A stretch of DNA of 46,988 bases, the filler included, from Mitosporidium daphniae (lineage: Eukaryota): assembly GCF_000760515.2 (NCBI RefSeq). It is 2 parts of 2 records of this genome, joined end to end, with 100 filler letters (N's around TTAATTAATTAA, not from the genome) between each part and the next. Parts side by side here need not be neighbours in the genome. Positions count along the whole stretch, not along the records: positions 23,917 to 46,988 come from NW_013546145.1; 1 more part is not named here. One strand, given 5' to 3'. A program made the position numbers and the translations under genes. Shown here in pieces: positions 33,515 through 45,109 of this stretch (the first letter of the stretch is position 1; every line of letters begins with the position of its first letter). Below the pieces are notes generated by a model. The model made no database searches, was not told the origin of the DNA, and worked only from the letters and a program-made list of their open reading frames with translations.

Positions 33515-34573
33515 TTATTCGTGCAGCATCCTGAGCTCAATGTTTGCCTCCTTTAGACACGACTTTACAAAGTCATCCATATAATAAGATTCAAAATACA
33601 CCACCTCCGATATTCCGGCCTGAATGATCTTTTTCGTGCAGTAAATACATGGGCATGATGTGCAGTACAATGTCACGCCCTGATCATCGGCATTTAGCGC
33701 CGATGTCGTGTAAAGGGAAATTCTCTCTCTTCCAGCTTCAAAGATTGCATTTTCCTCGGCATGTAAACACAGGCAAGTGGAAAGAGCGGCGCCGCTTCCG
33801 GTGTTTTCGTTGCACCGTTTGCACCCACCTTCAGAGCAATTCCGGACTCCAGCCGGTGTTCCGTTGTATCCCGTTGAGATGATTCGATGAGACTTTCTTG
33901 AAACTAGAATAGCACCAACCCGTCGTTTCATGCAGTTAGATCGTTGCCCAACCAATTTTGCTATTTTCATAAAATAAGCATCCCACGAAGGCCGGGTATT
34001 TTTCCTCAGCCTGGATATGGATGATTCAAGCGCATCAAGTAAAACATCATCATTGGCTGGTGTAAGCGATTTGTCCATGCTAATAACCTGGTTGCAATAG
34101 CTAAATGTGTCGAATGCAAGATCTTCGCTTTCGATTTTTTCGGCTAGCTCAAAAGCCGTTGAATGGTCGAGCTCTGCGCTGGCGGATAACCTTACCAGAT
34201 CAAGAAGAGACTGCACCTTGCCTTGAGTCAGAAAGCTTAAGAAATATCCGGGAGATACCTTGACACCTAGGCTGCAGTAAAACGGCCTTGTGGAAAAAGC
34301 GCCATATTCCACCTTTATATTTGAAAGATCATGAATAAAAACAAAGTTCTCGTGATAATTAACCGTTACAAAATTTAAGGCTTGTTGGAGAGAAAAAAAT
34401 CGGGGTTTATTGCTCTCGCTTTTGGAGATAGATAGGGCATCAAGTTCGCTGTTGAAAATCTCCCCAGACTCCTGTGCGACTATTTTAATGGGCGTAAAGC
34501 CAAAGTGAGAACTTAGGAGCGATGCGATGCGTTGATTTCCAAATGTACAAGAACCAACAATGCCAACCAACAT
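33515..34573 (-). CDS. DCD1: dCMP deaminase (fungal type with N-terminal P-loop-like region)
   Basis: RPSWDAYFM, RSNCMKRRVGA, STGYNGTP, CLHAEENA, PC..C; ATG 34573 follows an AT-rich leader. Confidence 0.92.
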   Translation of the reverse strand: MLVGIVGSCTFGNQRIASLLSSHFGFTPIKIVAQESGEIFNSELDALSISKSESNKPRFFSLQQALNFVTVNYHENFVFIHDLSNIKVEYGAFSTRPFYCSLGVKVSPGYFLSFLTQGKVQSLLDLVRLSASAELDHSTAFELAEKIESEDLAFDTFSYCNQVISMDKSLTPANDDVLLDALESSISRLRKNTRPSWDAYFMKIAKLVGQRSNCMKRRVGAILVSRKSHRIISTGYNGTPAGVRNCSEGGCKRCNENTGSGAALSTCLCLHAEENAIFEAGRERISLYTTSALNADDQGVTLYCTSCPCIYCTKKIIQAGISEVVYFESYYMDDFVKSCLKEANIELRMLHE

Positions 34574-34767
34574 TACGAACTTTTTTAAATTAATTAAATT
34601 AACCGCATTAAGGGCTAAAGCGTCTGGTGTGCCATGTATTTCTGTTGCCTGCAAATGGCTTGTCATGTTCAGAGATGACATTTTCCCGATGTCTGGAAAT
34701 GGTTTAGTGAAAAAGTAAAAGGCCAATAAAAGCAGTAGAAAGTGTAAATTCTTGAGCGTTCATTCAA

Positions 34768-35106
34768 GTGGGAATTTTGTTCGAAAATAAGCTGTCATGC
34801 TGGATTATTTTGCACGTGAAAGTCTTTGTCCAATCGAATGCTGTATTGAATGATTATACATGTGACCAAAAAATATACATATACCCGATTATTTGGCGTT
34901 CTTTCTTGCATGACTTATCGGCAGGACGATTAATTGTATCCAAAATGGTCAAAACCGGAACTAGCAATCTAACGCTAAGCACACCTCCTTTCCGAGCTGA
35001 AATATGGCGTAGGTCCGATGGCATTCAATATGTATTCAGGGCTAGTGAAGGGACCATAAATGAGTTGCGATTTTGGATTGATTGCTTCAAAGCTATTTTG
35101 GGTTGA
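34768..35106 (+). CDS. Hypothetical, possible PH-fold fragment; start unresolved
   Basis: YVFRAS....ELRFWIDCF resembles a PH-domain terminal strand and helix. Confidence 0.3.
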   Translation: MGILFENKLSCWIILHVKVFVQSNAVLNDYTCDQKIYIYPIIWRSFLHDLSAGRLIVSKMVKTGTSNLTLSTPPFRAEIWRRSDGIQYVFRASEGTINELRFWIDCFKAILG

Positions 35107-35202
35107 TTGCGAAATATGACGATTTCCTAATTTTGTTCTTTGGCCATCATTTGGCCTTTATAAAACCAATTGCAGATTGAAAATAATTTTATTTCAATTA
35201 AT

Positions 35203-35589
35203 ATGGCAAATAATGAGCTATATTGCGAGATTTGCCAAGTTCAATCTACCAACCTATCGGCACACTATGATCACATCCATAGTAGGCGGCATCAGAAAGC
35301 AACCGGAATTGTCCACAAAATAGAGCGATCTACCCTTGCGCAGGTGCTTGCCAAACTTGAGGAATTGAAGCAAGAGCATCTCGAAATTATGAGTGGAAAT
35401 AATGGAGAGCCTGCTCACCAACACATATCGTTTACCGAAAGACTTGAACAAGAATCCAAGAACCGCCGAGAAGAACGGAAGCGGAAAAAAATGACAATTA
35501 AAGAGGATCCTGTCTTGGAACACGTAGAGCCTGGGATGCTTGATAGCGGTTTTGATTTCGGCTCGTTTTCAAGTAGCAAGCGCAATTGA
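35203..35589 (+). CDS. SNU23: Spliceosomal zinc finger Snu23/ZMAT2
   Basis: YCEIC....DHIHSRRHQ, IERSTL.QV, F..F.SSK C-terminus. Confidence 0.8.
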   Translation: MANNELYCEICQVQSTNLSAHYDHIHSRRHQKATGIVHKIERSTLAQVLAKLEELKQEHLEIMSGNNGEPAHQHISFTERLEQESKNRREERKRKKMTIKEDPVLEHVEPGMLDSGFDFGSFSSSKRN

Positions 35590-35752
35590 TGTCACAAAAT
35601 GCCACACCCCATGTGCATTTATACGGTCTGCGTTGCGAGAAAATCATGGGCTTGAGACACTTAAATATGGAATGCTAAGGGCGCGCGTATCGGCGGGTTC
35701 TTTGAATTAATTACATTATACATTTTATACAAATCAATAAAAATAAATACCC

Positions 35753-37148
35753 TTAATTGGATGGCCGCTTAACTGAAGATGAAGAGGATGAAGAAGAGCC
35801 GGATTCGAATCCATCATTAGGCACATGTTTCGGAGGTACAGGCCCCCCTATTGAGGAATAATTATTAAAAATATGCTGTTGGGAAAATTGGGGCAAGTAA
35901 TATGGCACAGGTGTTGTCGACTGTGGCGCAAAACCATATGGATGGAACTGTTGGGGGTGCGACATTTGCGGGGGTGACACATTGGATTGCATCTGATGAA
36001 TTCCCTTTGGGACAAAGCCGTGAGAATACCCTTGGAAATTAGATGGTATCATATATCCTTGAGGCGCAGCAGAAACAGGTGGCCCATAAAAGGCATGCTG
36101 AGCAAACCCAGCCATCGGCACAGACGTGTGATATGGCATTGTCGGTTTTTGCGCATATGAATGCCCTCCACCAGCACTTGGCGCGATATATTGTGTAGGG
36201 CTAGGGTGGAACGAGGATTGGGCATGAGAATAGCTTGAATGTTTGGCCTGCGGTAACACAGCGGCAGAGGCAATGGCCCCTGGTTTTGCCCCGATCTTGG
36301 AATTGGCCATACGGCGAGACTCAAAAATACATTTCAAGTTTAAAAATGTGGAATAGTTGTATTCTGAATCATCGGATCTTGTGATCTTATTGGTAGCCCG
36401 GTCCAATATTTTGAACACATTTTCGGGTATGAAAGAATGTGGCGTTTGAAATTGATTTACATTGGATAGCAATAAGTGGTAAGGAATCAGTCTATTGATG
36501 GCGTCGTCATAGGATGCAAACGGGGTGTGGATGTCAGGATTCATGATAATCTCGACATGCGATTTGAAATACGAGTCGATCCTAGAACAAATATTACATG
36601 GATATAAGATACTTTGAGCAAACTAGCTTCATCCTATTGATGTCTGTCATTTGTGTTGAAGGCGTCTAGGGGAAATGTCGACATCAATGCGTACCTTGGG
36701 CAGTGCCTGCTGTGGAAAATATGCAGATCGCTCCTGCGGGGCATCCTTAACACCCAGGCCCCTTTGTGCTGGTAAATTTGCCTGGATCGATGGCTACGAT
36801 AAATATTGTCATGCAACGTACGCTAAATTCGGTCTGGGCGATTGCTCTCTTTTTGGACGCAAAGCCACCAATCCCATGGATATTCATATCATCTGCAACG
36901 TGATTTGGCCGATTTGTACAGCCCGGAGCGCTAGCTGGCTGCAATGGGCCTTCACCAGCACCCCTTGGGGCGGTGCTATTCCCTGAAAATTTTGCACCAT
37001 CACCAGATGGTGACGATGAGGACAAATACAGTGGGCAAATGGCATTGCTAGCACTAGAGTCAGATGCATTTTTATTTAGCGATGCATGAGTTTGATTTGT
37101 AAAAGGTGTTAAGGATGGTGTTGATGTAAAGTTGTCCCTCAAAGGCAT
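35753..37148 (-). CDS. GLTSCR1/BICRA conserved-domain protein, 3 short introns joining ORF-track fragments
   Basis: PD..TPF.S.DDA..RLIPYH motif; GT-AG introns (about 36793-36820, 36666-36694, 36582-36612) link the upstream ORF in frame. Confidence 0.7.
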
Positions 37149-37282
37149 GATATTCGATCCCGCAATTGACTTTCCAGAGAAACGATTGGTCAATGGTAAA
37201 TCAATAGGCAACTTGTAGATTTAGATTTAATCAAACAACGATCAAATGGTGACTTTAAATTTTACGATTGCATCTTTTCATA

Positions 37283-38111
37283 ATGAAAACAGCCACGGCC
37301 AAAATGAAAACGGCCATGGCCCTGGCCAAGCCTGGACCCTTTGGCCAATGTGCACAGCGCTGGATTTCCGCATTTGCCTGTTCAAATACTATAGCCATAC
37401 AAAAGATCCCATTGGAGGATCACAACAGACAATCTCCACTCACCAAAGATGGAATAAAGGAGATGTGGGAGCACTCGAAGATGTACCTGGCCACGCAATT
37501 AAAGTACTACCCATTTCAAGTAATCGTAGGCTCCGATATGTAAAGAAAACACTCAAAAACTTTGATGTTCCCCAATTTTTGAAGCATTGTGAAAAGCTGT
37601 ATCTTGATCTGAATGAGCAGCTATCTCGGTTTTCTCGCTCAATAGAGTAACTCTTTAGATCGCAATATGAAAACACCCGGTGCTATGTGACGCCAAGCTT
37701 TTTCTCTCTCATAAAGAGCGATTATAAGAAAGGTCCAAAGTATGTTTTTTACTGGAAGTTTGGCGGGTTTACCTGCCAATCGAGAATCGTAGCATTGGCG
37801 CCTCTCGAAATTCCAAACACTCCAAGCCCGGTAAATTACTTTCAAATTGCAGTTAGGTTTGAAAGTCGCCAGGTATAACACGTGCCAGCGGCAGTTTCTT
37901 ACCATATTAGGGGATAGGCTCGATTCCTCAACCTCCTGCAGAAATAGTGCATATGGTCAATCCAAAAGAGTCTTTTTATAGTCTTTTCAGCGATGACTCT
38001 TCAATCAAAATGGAAAGCGTGGTCGAGTATTACGTTTTTGAGAAAAGTCAGGATGACCCCTATCATAATTGGAGGATTGCAGGAAAGATAGAGCCAGCCG
38101 CAAGCGCATAG
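37283..38111 (+). CDS. Tim44-like domain mitoribosome/membrane protein mL45/Mba1, 3 introns
   Basis: F..PQF...CEKLY..LN..L, WKF, YFQIAVRFESRQ, VVEYYVFEK, WRIAGKI. Confidence 0.75.
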
Positions 38112-38133
38112 TTAACATCCCATTTTATGCTAT

Positions 38134-38577
38134 TTATTTATTCTTAAATAAAGAAAAATCCCAGTCATTTAGTCCCTGTTTTTTATGCTCAATCACCAGC
38201 TGCTTATAGCGGGCATAGCAATTCAAACAAATGTGGTGCATTCTCATTGGTTGGTTACAAATCTTACATTGGATTATATTTTTGACCGGCTTCAGCCACT
38301 GAAATTTGATGCGCTTCCTTCTACGCGATAAAGGGACCCTTTTTTTGGGCACAGCAAACAACATTTGATCCTTTAGCAACGTCCATAGACGCTTGAATTT
38401 GTCAAAAATCGAAGGAAGGACATCAAAAGTGGTTGGAGGTATCGGCCTCACAATGGAATGCCTATTTAAATCCATTGGTAGCGCATCGGAAAATTTAAAC
38501 AATGAAGGACCCCCGCTGCAAATCAATGCCAAGGGATTAAAGGCCAGAGCTATTGGGAATTTTAAAGACAACGACAT
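38134..38577 (-). CDS. MRPL32: Mitochondrial ribosomal protein bL32m
   Basis: Presequence, then AVPKKR..SRRR and CxxC...HHIC..C zinc ribbon. Confidence 0.88.
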   Translation of the reverse strand: MSLSLKFPIALAFNPLALICSGGPSLFKFSDALPMDLNRHSIVRPIPPTTFDVLPSIFDKFKRLWTLLKDQMLFAVPKKRVPLSRRRKRIKFQWLKPVKNIIQCKICNQPMRMHHICLNCYARYKQLVIEHKKQGLNDWDFSLFKNK

Positions 38578-38589
38578 TCGCAAATAAAT

Positions 38590-39920
38590 TTAATTTTCAC
38601 TTGCCACTTTGCTAACCTTCCAATACCGGTATATTGCATCACTTGCTCCAATTAAACATTGCTTTGCAAATCGATACTGCATCGAATATTGCTTCATGTT
38701 TTCGTAGGAAACTCCAATTTGCTCCATGGAAAGGTCTGCCGCTTTTGATGCGAGAATTTCGGCTGCCTTTGTCGTTTTCAGAAACAATTCGAAAACAGCG
38801 CTCGAGCAAAACTGCGATCTATTGTTGACTGGTTGATGATTGGCAATTTACCTAGACTTTGATAGGTTTTTTGAAGGGTTTGCTCCCTGTTTAAACCCAT
38901 CCGTGATGATGTCGTAGTTTTCACCGGCGCACCAGATGATCGCGGTGGGCGAAGCCTTCCTTTTGCCCGTATATACAAACGCGGGATACAAAGCCAAAGA
39001 CAGCCTTTCAGAGACGTAACATATGATTTTGGGAAATTTTGGTTCCATGCGAGCATTATCACAGTCCACTCGGCACAAAGAGTCTTTAACAATCTTTTCT
39101 GATAGCTTGGGATTATCATTGTTATTGCAAACGATACAAATAATGTCATACATCATGGCTTCGTTAAATATGAGCGACAAAATGGATCCTTGAATCCCTA
39201 CATAGTATAGGAACGGTACATACCAACGTAAAACGACAATGATAGCTTATCGCTACATGACATTGACTCTGTTTGGATCGAGTCGCCCCTGGCGGGCTTT
39301 CTTTTCAATTCGGTCGATAGATGCCCATTTTTGTGTGCAGCCTGGACATTTAGAACCGCCGCTCCACCTAAGAGTAGAAATTCAAAGCCTACAGGGGATG
39401 TGGGATATGAAGAGTGCAATTTTATATTCCTTTTTCCAAGAAAAAAGGCTTGTGTCGCCATTTTGGGAAACATATTCCGATGCTTGCGGGTCTTTTTCGC
39501 AAATTTGGACCTGCTTGATTAAGAACCTAGCGTGTAAAACAAACGAAATACAATTTAAAGGCTCTTTTGACAAGAATTTCTGCATGCGAGTCATGGATAC
39601 GATGATGAAACGTACAAAGTTCAACCTGCTTGTTTTTTGGTCCATATTTTACTTTGGCATGCAGCTGTTTTTGATTGAGACACTTTGTCCCCGTCGCAAA
39701 AGACACAAGCCTCCAATCGACAATGTCACCATCGCTCTCATTGAGCATGTCCGACCTTCCCACGAGGATCCCGGCAAAGACTGAAAATTCGTCTCCGTTG
39801 ATCTAACCCTAAGATTAGCACCTGGGCTCCTACATTGGGCTTTCCCCTGTTCGGGAGACCATCGTAAAAGTCAAGACAAACACTTTCAAAGATGTTGGCA
39901 TATTTTGTATTTTGCGCCAT
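38590..39920 (-). CDS. TAD1: tRNA-specific adenosine deaminase 1 (ADAR-family catalytic domain), at least 5 introns
   Basis: GKP, SFATGTKCL, HDSHAE, FIS.IPCG, RKP.RGD, SMSCSDKL, GIQGSIL. Confidence 0.87.
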
Positions 39921-39950
39921 GCAATTAGGAATATTAATTTTTTATTGGCC

Positions 39951-40297
39951 ATGCTGCTGGATACCGAGTTTAAAGAATTGGATGCATTGCTAATGAATGT
40001 GGACCTCCCGGTTGAAAGCAATGGCGAAGCAACACAGAAGCCTGAAAGTATAAAGCACAGGGGCCCAAAAAAAGAGCCTCCGCATGCGGTGGTTGAAAGG
40101 TTAAACACGTTTTTTGAATCGATGTCGGAAAGTAACGATTTTGCATTTAATTGCTACGAGCCGTAGAAATGACAAAAGAAAGATGTCAGCTAAAAAAGCT
40201 AGAGGCCAAAATAATCGAACTGGAGGTATCACAAGCAAAATTAGACGTGATGGTTAACAACACAAAAAGTAATTGGACAGTGTTAACAAATAGCTAG
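39951..40297 (+). CDS. Hypothetical small coiled-coil protein; intron 40132-40166
   Basis: Splicing gives a continuous ORF with heptad-like LKKLEAKIIELEVSQAKLD. Confidence 0.55.
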
Positions 40298-40425
40298 GAT
40301 GCATAACAGGCTCCTTAATTTGATGGTGGCCAAAAAACCTAGGCCTGAATATGAAAGCGATTGCATTGAATTAAAATCTTAAAAGTTTAAAAAACCAAAA
40401 TGCAAAACTGTAATTTTCCAGGCTA

Positions 40426-42374
40426 ATGAGTTTCCCTCACACATCGACATCGCCTTGGCTCAGTTCAAAGGTTGTCATATCAACTGCAGCGTTTGTTGGC
40501 ATCCTTGCTGGCGGATATTTTTATTATAAAAAACACCACCCTTCCAAGTGTGACCAGCCATCTAGCAGCTCGTCTCGGTGTACCTTATTCGCCTGTGAAA
40601 CGTTGACAGATTGCCTTAATGCAGCCTCGGTCAAGGTGAGTTCTTTGTTTAAACCGGGACAAAGAGAAGCAGTCCAGTGTGCATCATTGCATGAAACAGG
40701 TTCGCAAAAGTGCGATCTTGCCTTTGCAAAGGAGAAAAAGGTTTTGGGAAACAAATTCTTCTCGGAAGGGAAAATGGCCGAGGCCATCGACTGCTACTCG
40801 GAATCGATTTCGAATCTTCCAGATGGTTCCTATGAACTTTCTATATGCTACTGCAATAGAGCTGCATGCTATCTTTCACAGGGAAATTACCAAAAAGTCG
40901 TCGAGGACTGCACTGTGGCAATTAGATGTTCTCCCCTCTATTTAAAAGCTTACGAAAGACGTTCTCGTGCATATGAATCACTTGGTCAATTGGAAGATGC
41001 CTTGAGCGACCTTACAGCTTGCTGCGTGATCGATGGGTTTTCAAATCAATCTTTCCCACAGCGGCTGGAAAAGATCCTTCGCTCGCTATCGCACACCCTT
41101 GCAACTGAGTTGAGTCAAGTAAGTGATCCTTTCTAATGCCTTTAGAATAAAGCCCGCTCATTTCCCTCCAAATATGCGATTGATGAATTTTTCAAGGGGC
41201 TTCCCAGATGTATTTTTTCGCCTTTTATTTTAGTTGCGCCAGAAAAGAAAGATGCCGATTCATTGGTCGGATCTCTTAACCGAGCGAAGAAAATGATATC
41301 CGATGGCTGCTGTGTGGAGGCCTTCACTTTACTGACCGAAATTTCGGCATCCAAAGCCGCCGTTTCACCGGAAATGTGTGATGAAATCTCGTTTTATCTT
41401 TCGGCTTTACTTTTCCTAAAAGGATGTTTAGATGAGTCTCTTTTTTACTACAACAAAATATCTACCGATCGCCTTCCAATTGCGCATGTCATTAGATCGT
41501 CAATATTGCTTGAGCGCTCTCTGCTAGTCGAGGGCAAGGAGGAAATAGAAAAGGCAATTGCTACTGCAGCAATTGCAGGTGCCAACCCTTCAAACCAGAC
41601 CCTTGCTTATCTTTACTACCATCTTGGTGAATGCGACGCAGCCCTTGGGAATGCACTGGCCTCCATTGCCGCATACAACAAAGCGATCAAAATAGCTCCG
41701 GGTGTTATCCAATTTTACATCCATAAATCACGCGCTTCAATCGCGACAGGAAACATCACGGATGCCGAAAGTGCCATTCAAGAGGCTCTTTCTAGATTTC
41801 CAGGAAACCCTGAAGTTTTGAATGCATATGGCGAGTTTTTAATTCTCAAGGCAACCTCTTCATCTCCCATGGAAATGCCAAACAATGCAAACATATTTGA
41901 CGTTGCACAAAAGACGCTCACCGATGCGCTTTCGGTGTGTGCTGCACAAGGAAAAGAACCTATGCCATCGATTTTCTTAAACCTTGCAATATTGACGCTA
42001 TACATTTCCAATGGCAATGCTGCTCCCTCTTCGGCAAATTCTGAGAACGAGCTTAAGGAACTTCGCCAGCAAGCCGTAGCTTTTCTTAGAAGGGCGATTG
42101 AAATCGACCCGCTTTATGATGCCGCTCATATCCAACTTGCCCATATTCTGATAGCAAACGGCGAAAATTCCGAAGCAATCGAGCACTTTGACAAGGCAAT
42201 TGAATCGTGCAGATCATACCAAGACATTGCTCAAATACTTTCTCTGAAGCTGGCCAGTAAGGCCCAAATGCAAGCGTGCGCCGGAAATCCGGATCTCGAA
42301 GCGAAAATCAGGTAGTTGTTTTGGCTTTAACAAATAGATCGCTTATGGGGGCCGGAGGCGGCATGGCAATGTGA
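40426..42374 (+). CDS. TOM70: Mitochondrial import receptor Tom70, 3 introns
   Basis: N-terminal TM anchor (GGYFYY), clamp TPRs K..GNKFF/YCNRAAC/KA..RR, further TPRs. Confidence 0.85.
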
Positions 42375-42406
42375 GTCAAGATACAATAACATTAAGAACA
42401 ATAAAC

Positions 42407-42463
42407 AATAACCCTAACAACAATCGCAATAACCCTAACAGCAATAAGGGGGTTAGGGTTATT
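42407..42463. repeat. Telomere-motif element: AATAACCCTAAC x2 plus inverted GTTAGGGTTATT
   Basis: Copies at 42407-42418 and 42428-42439; perfect 12-bp inverted copy at 42452-42463. Confidence 0.85.
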
Positions 42464-42545
42464 TGATTAACTCCATTTTTGGTGCTTTTTCATTGACCAC
42501 ACACGAATTGGAGAAACATGACATGCCGATATCCTTTTATAAAAT

Positions 42546-43618
42546 TTACTGCTGCTTGCAATTCTGATTTGCAGACTGGTGCGAGCGGGCTCCACCGATA
42601 CGGCGCGAATACAGCCGCTCTTCATCGTCGTCGTCCTCAGCAGCGTCAGAAAGATTATCATCGCCCTCCTCGTTGTAGTCGCTCATATCTTCTTCATCGT
42701 CGAATGGAGCCGTCTCGTCATCGGCAATACCCAAATACCAGTTGACGGCATCCGGAATGATCTTGCTGCGAATAACGTCACCGATCTCAAGATGGATGGC
42801 AACTTCGTCGCTAACCTCGCCGTCATCATCCTCATCATCAGACGTAGCTTCGTCCTTATCGCCGCCCTTTGAGGAGATTTTGCAAGGCGCATCAAAAAAC
42901 AAGAAAAAGGAATTTACTCGCTCCTCTCTTTCAACTACACGCGTAATGTTCTTTGTCTTATGGCGCTGGGTTCTTTTGACCATCTTCACGGTAAGGTTTG
43001 ATCCAGGCAACCAATCAATGGTGGTGCCTTCCATTCGATCAAATCTATAAAGCTCCTCGTGATTACTAGAAGAGTCAGCATCACACGCAGAATCGCAACA
43101 GGAATCTTTCTCGTCGTCATCGCAGCATTTTGTGAAATAGAAGGTCTTCGTCAAAATGGCGTTGGTGAAAAATGTATTTTTGTTGAAGAAAAATTCAAGT
43201 TTAAACGAGTGGTTATCTTCCAAACGAGTGTATTGGATATCGTTAAGGAAAGAAAGAGCGGGCTCGTCTGTGTCCGTAATCATCTCACTGACCATATAGT
43301 TATTTTTAAGCGCGGTAAGCCAAAAGGAGGATACACCCTAAAAATTACATGTTGCAAATACCTCTTCACATGCGGAGCCCTTGACAATGGTGGCACGCTC
43401 TTCATATAGGGGCGCAAATTTGGCCTCATATTCGACTTCAAGCTCAAGAACCTTCTTATTAAATTCGGCCTGCAGGACATTATGCTTGTCCTGCACCGTA
43501 AGTAGGCTTTTAACTTGGGGGCGAAGATTGGAAGGGACCTCCTTCATGCCCATTTCCTCCAAGCTCTAGGAGGAGATGAAAGGGAAACACATACTTCAAG
43601 GGTAGTGGCGTGTGTCAT
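42546..43618 (-). CDS. NAP1: Nucleosome assembly protein 1, 2 introns
   Basis: LE..Y...F.PLYE.R, FWL.AL.N, N.FF.N..LTK, IDW, SFF.FF, IIP.AV.WY, CKQQ CaaX end. Confidence 0.93.
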
Positions 43619-43677
43619 TAAATTAGTTAAAATGCTGCAATGCGATTTTGAATTAAATTTTTTTTAAAATTTTCCAA

Positions 43678-44124
43678 ATGCCACCGAAAAATGTTAATTC
43701 CGCCTCCCCTTTGCCATGGGAAGTTGAAGAGGATCTTACGGCCACCATCCGCCACATTAACAACTCGATATCGCTTCTTGTTGATATATCGAAACAATAT
43801 ACATCGTCTCCAAATGATATCGGCTCATTAATTGGAGAAATGTAAGCTTAAGATCTAAATCCTGAATTTAGGAATGCCTACACCTCGCTGTTAACGGAGA
43901 TGCACAGGAATATCCAGGACTCTTCACTCGAGTTTCCGGAAGCAGAGATTCCTGGCTTTATTATTCAAGCATTGGAAGAATCTGTAAACCTGGATATCCC
44001 CTCCTATAATGTCTCCAGAGACCTCATGCTTCAGTTGGAGCAATTTGAGGCAAAAGTATCGACCTTCCATCGGTATGGGCAATTGCTGCAAAGTCATGTA
44101 AATAACAATAAAAGATCCAACTAA
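43678..44124 (+). CDS. Probable Mediator subunit Med10/Nut2; intron 43842-43871
   Basis: Size and pattern EIP..II..LE..VN.D.....EQ..AKV..F..Y..LL resemble Med10. Confidence 0.55.
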
Positions 44125-44135
44125 AAAATCTACTT

Positions 44136-45059
44136 TTATTCCCGTCCATATGTCGAGTGGGGATACAAGTCATCCCATGTGGTCCTATCTCGAAAACGAG
44201 CACTTTTTGATGGTCGCATGGTAAATGCAGAATTTCCATCTTGCCTTGAAGGAGAATTTCTATCCTTTTCCCTAGAGGAATACTTATCGGTCGCACTATT
44301 CCTCATATCCAAATTCCGGTCAGACTCATTTTTGGACCACCTCCTGGAAGATTTGCCATGATCTTGGCCCCTGTTGCGATAGCTCATATCACGATGCTCT
44401 TGGTCCCTGTTGCGATAGCTTGCATCACGATTCCCTCGGTCCCTGTTGTGATAGCTCGCATCACGATGCTCTTGGTCCCTGTTGCGATAGCTAGTATGAC
44501 GATTCTGTTCTTTTTCGGAATAATATCTACTAGGATCCTTTTGCCTCGAAGATGAAGATGTTTCCCAGGCGGTCCTGCTAGATTTATGGGGCTCTCGGGA
44601 TTCGTTTGTAGATATCCTTATTTCTGGACTGAGCGATCTTTCAAATCCTGAACGTCTTGAAGTCGGATTTTCTTGCTCTTTGGTGCTTTTCCCTTGATTC
44701 TCAAACAAACCAAGCGTCGAGTTAATAAGCGACGGTGGTAAATTAGATGTAGATGTCAATGGGTTTCCAAATCCATACAGTAGCGCACTTGCCATCATTA
44801 CCTTTTCCTTCTCTCGTAAAAGTTGTTGCTCTTCTTTGACGCAAGATGCAGAAGAGGAAAGGGACGCCTTAATGGGCATGTCTGTACGCTCCTCTTTAGG
44901 CTTCTGAAACCAGCCCACATCTTTTCCGACCTGCCATCTGCCAACGGGCGCCTTGATTGAATTGCCCAAGTAGCAAATGCGATTTCGATCTTCCTTTACG
45001 GTTTCCCATGAAAATTGGTCATACCCCCCGCGAGACCCTCCTCTTGCTTCTTCCTGCAT
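44136..45059 (-). CDS. MMtag-domain protein (MMTAG2/C1orf35-like)
   Basis: RGG.RGG.DQFSW..VK.D..R..YLG.S.KAPVGRWQ.GKD..W. Confidence 0.88.
   Translation of the reverse strand: MQEEARGGSRGGYDQFSWETVKEDRNRICYLGNSIKAPVGRWQVGKDVGWFQKPKEERTDMPIKASLSSSASCVKEEQQLLREKEKVMMASALLYGFGNPLTSTSNLPPSLINSTLGLFENQGKSTKEQENPTSRRSGFERSLSPEIRISTNESREPHKSSRTAWETSSSSRQKDPSRYYSEKEQNRHTSYRNRDQEHRDASYHNRDRGNRDASYRNRDQEHRDMSYRNRGQDHGKSSRRWSKNESDRNLDMRNSATDKYSSREKDRNSPSRQDGNSAFTMRPSKSARFRDRTTWDDLYPHSTYGRE
44358..44500 (-). repeat. 36-bp coding tandem repeat x4 (DASYRNRDQEHR-like)
   Basis: CCCTGTTGCGATAGCT-like core at 44369, 44405, 44441, 44477. Confidence 0.9.
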
Positions 45060-45109
45060 GGTTTTAAAAAAATTAAATTAATAATTTATTTGGAAGCTAC
45101 AATAGAAAA

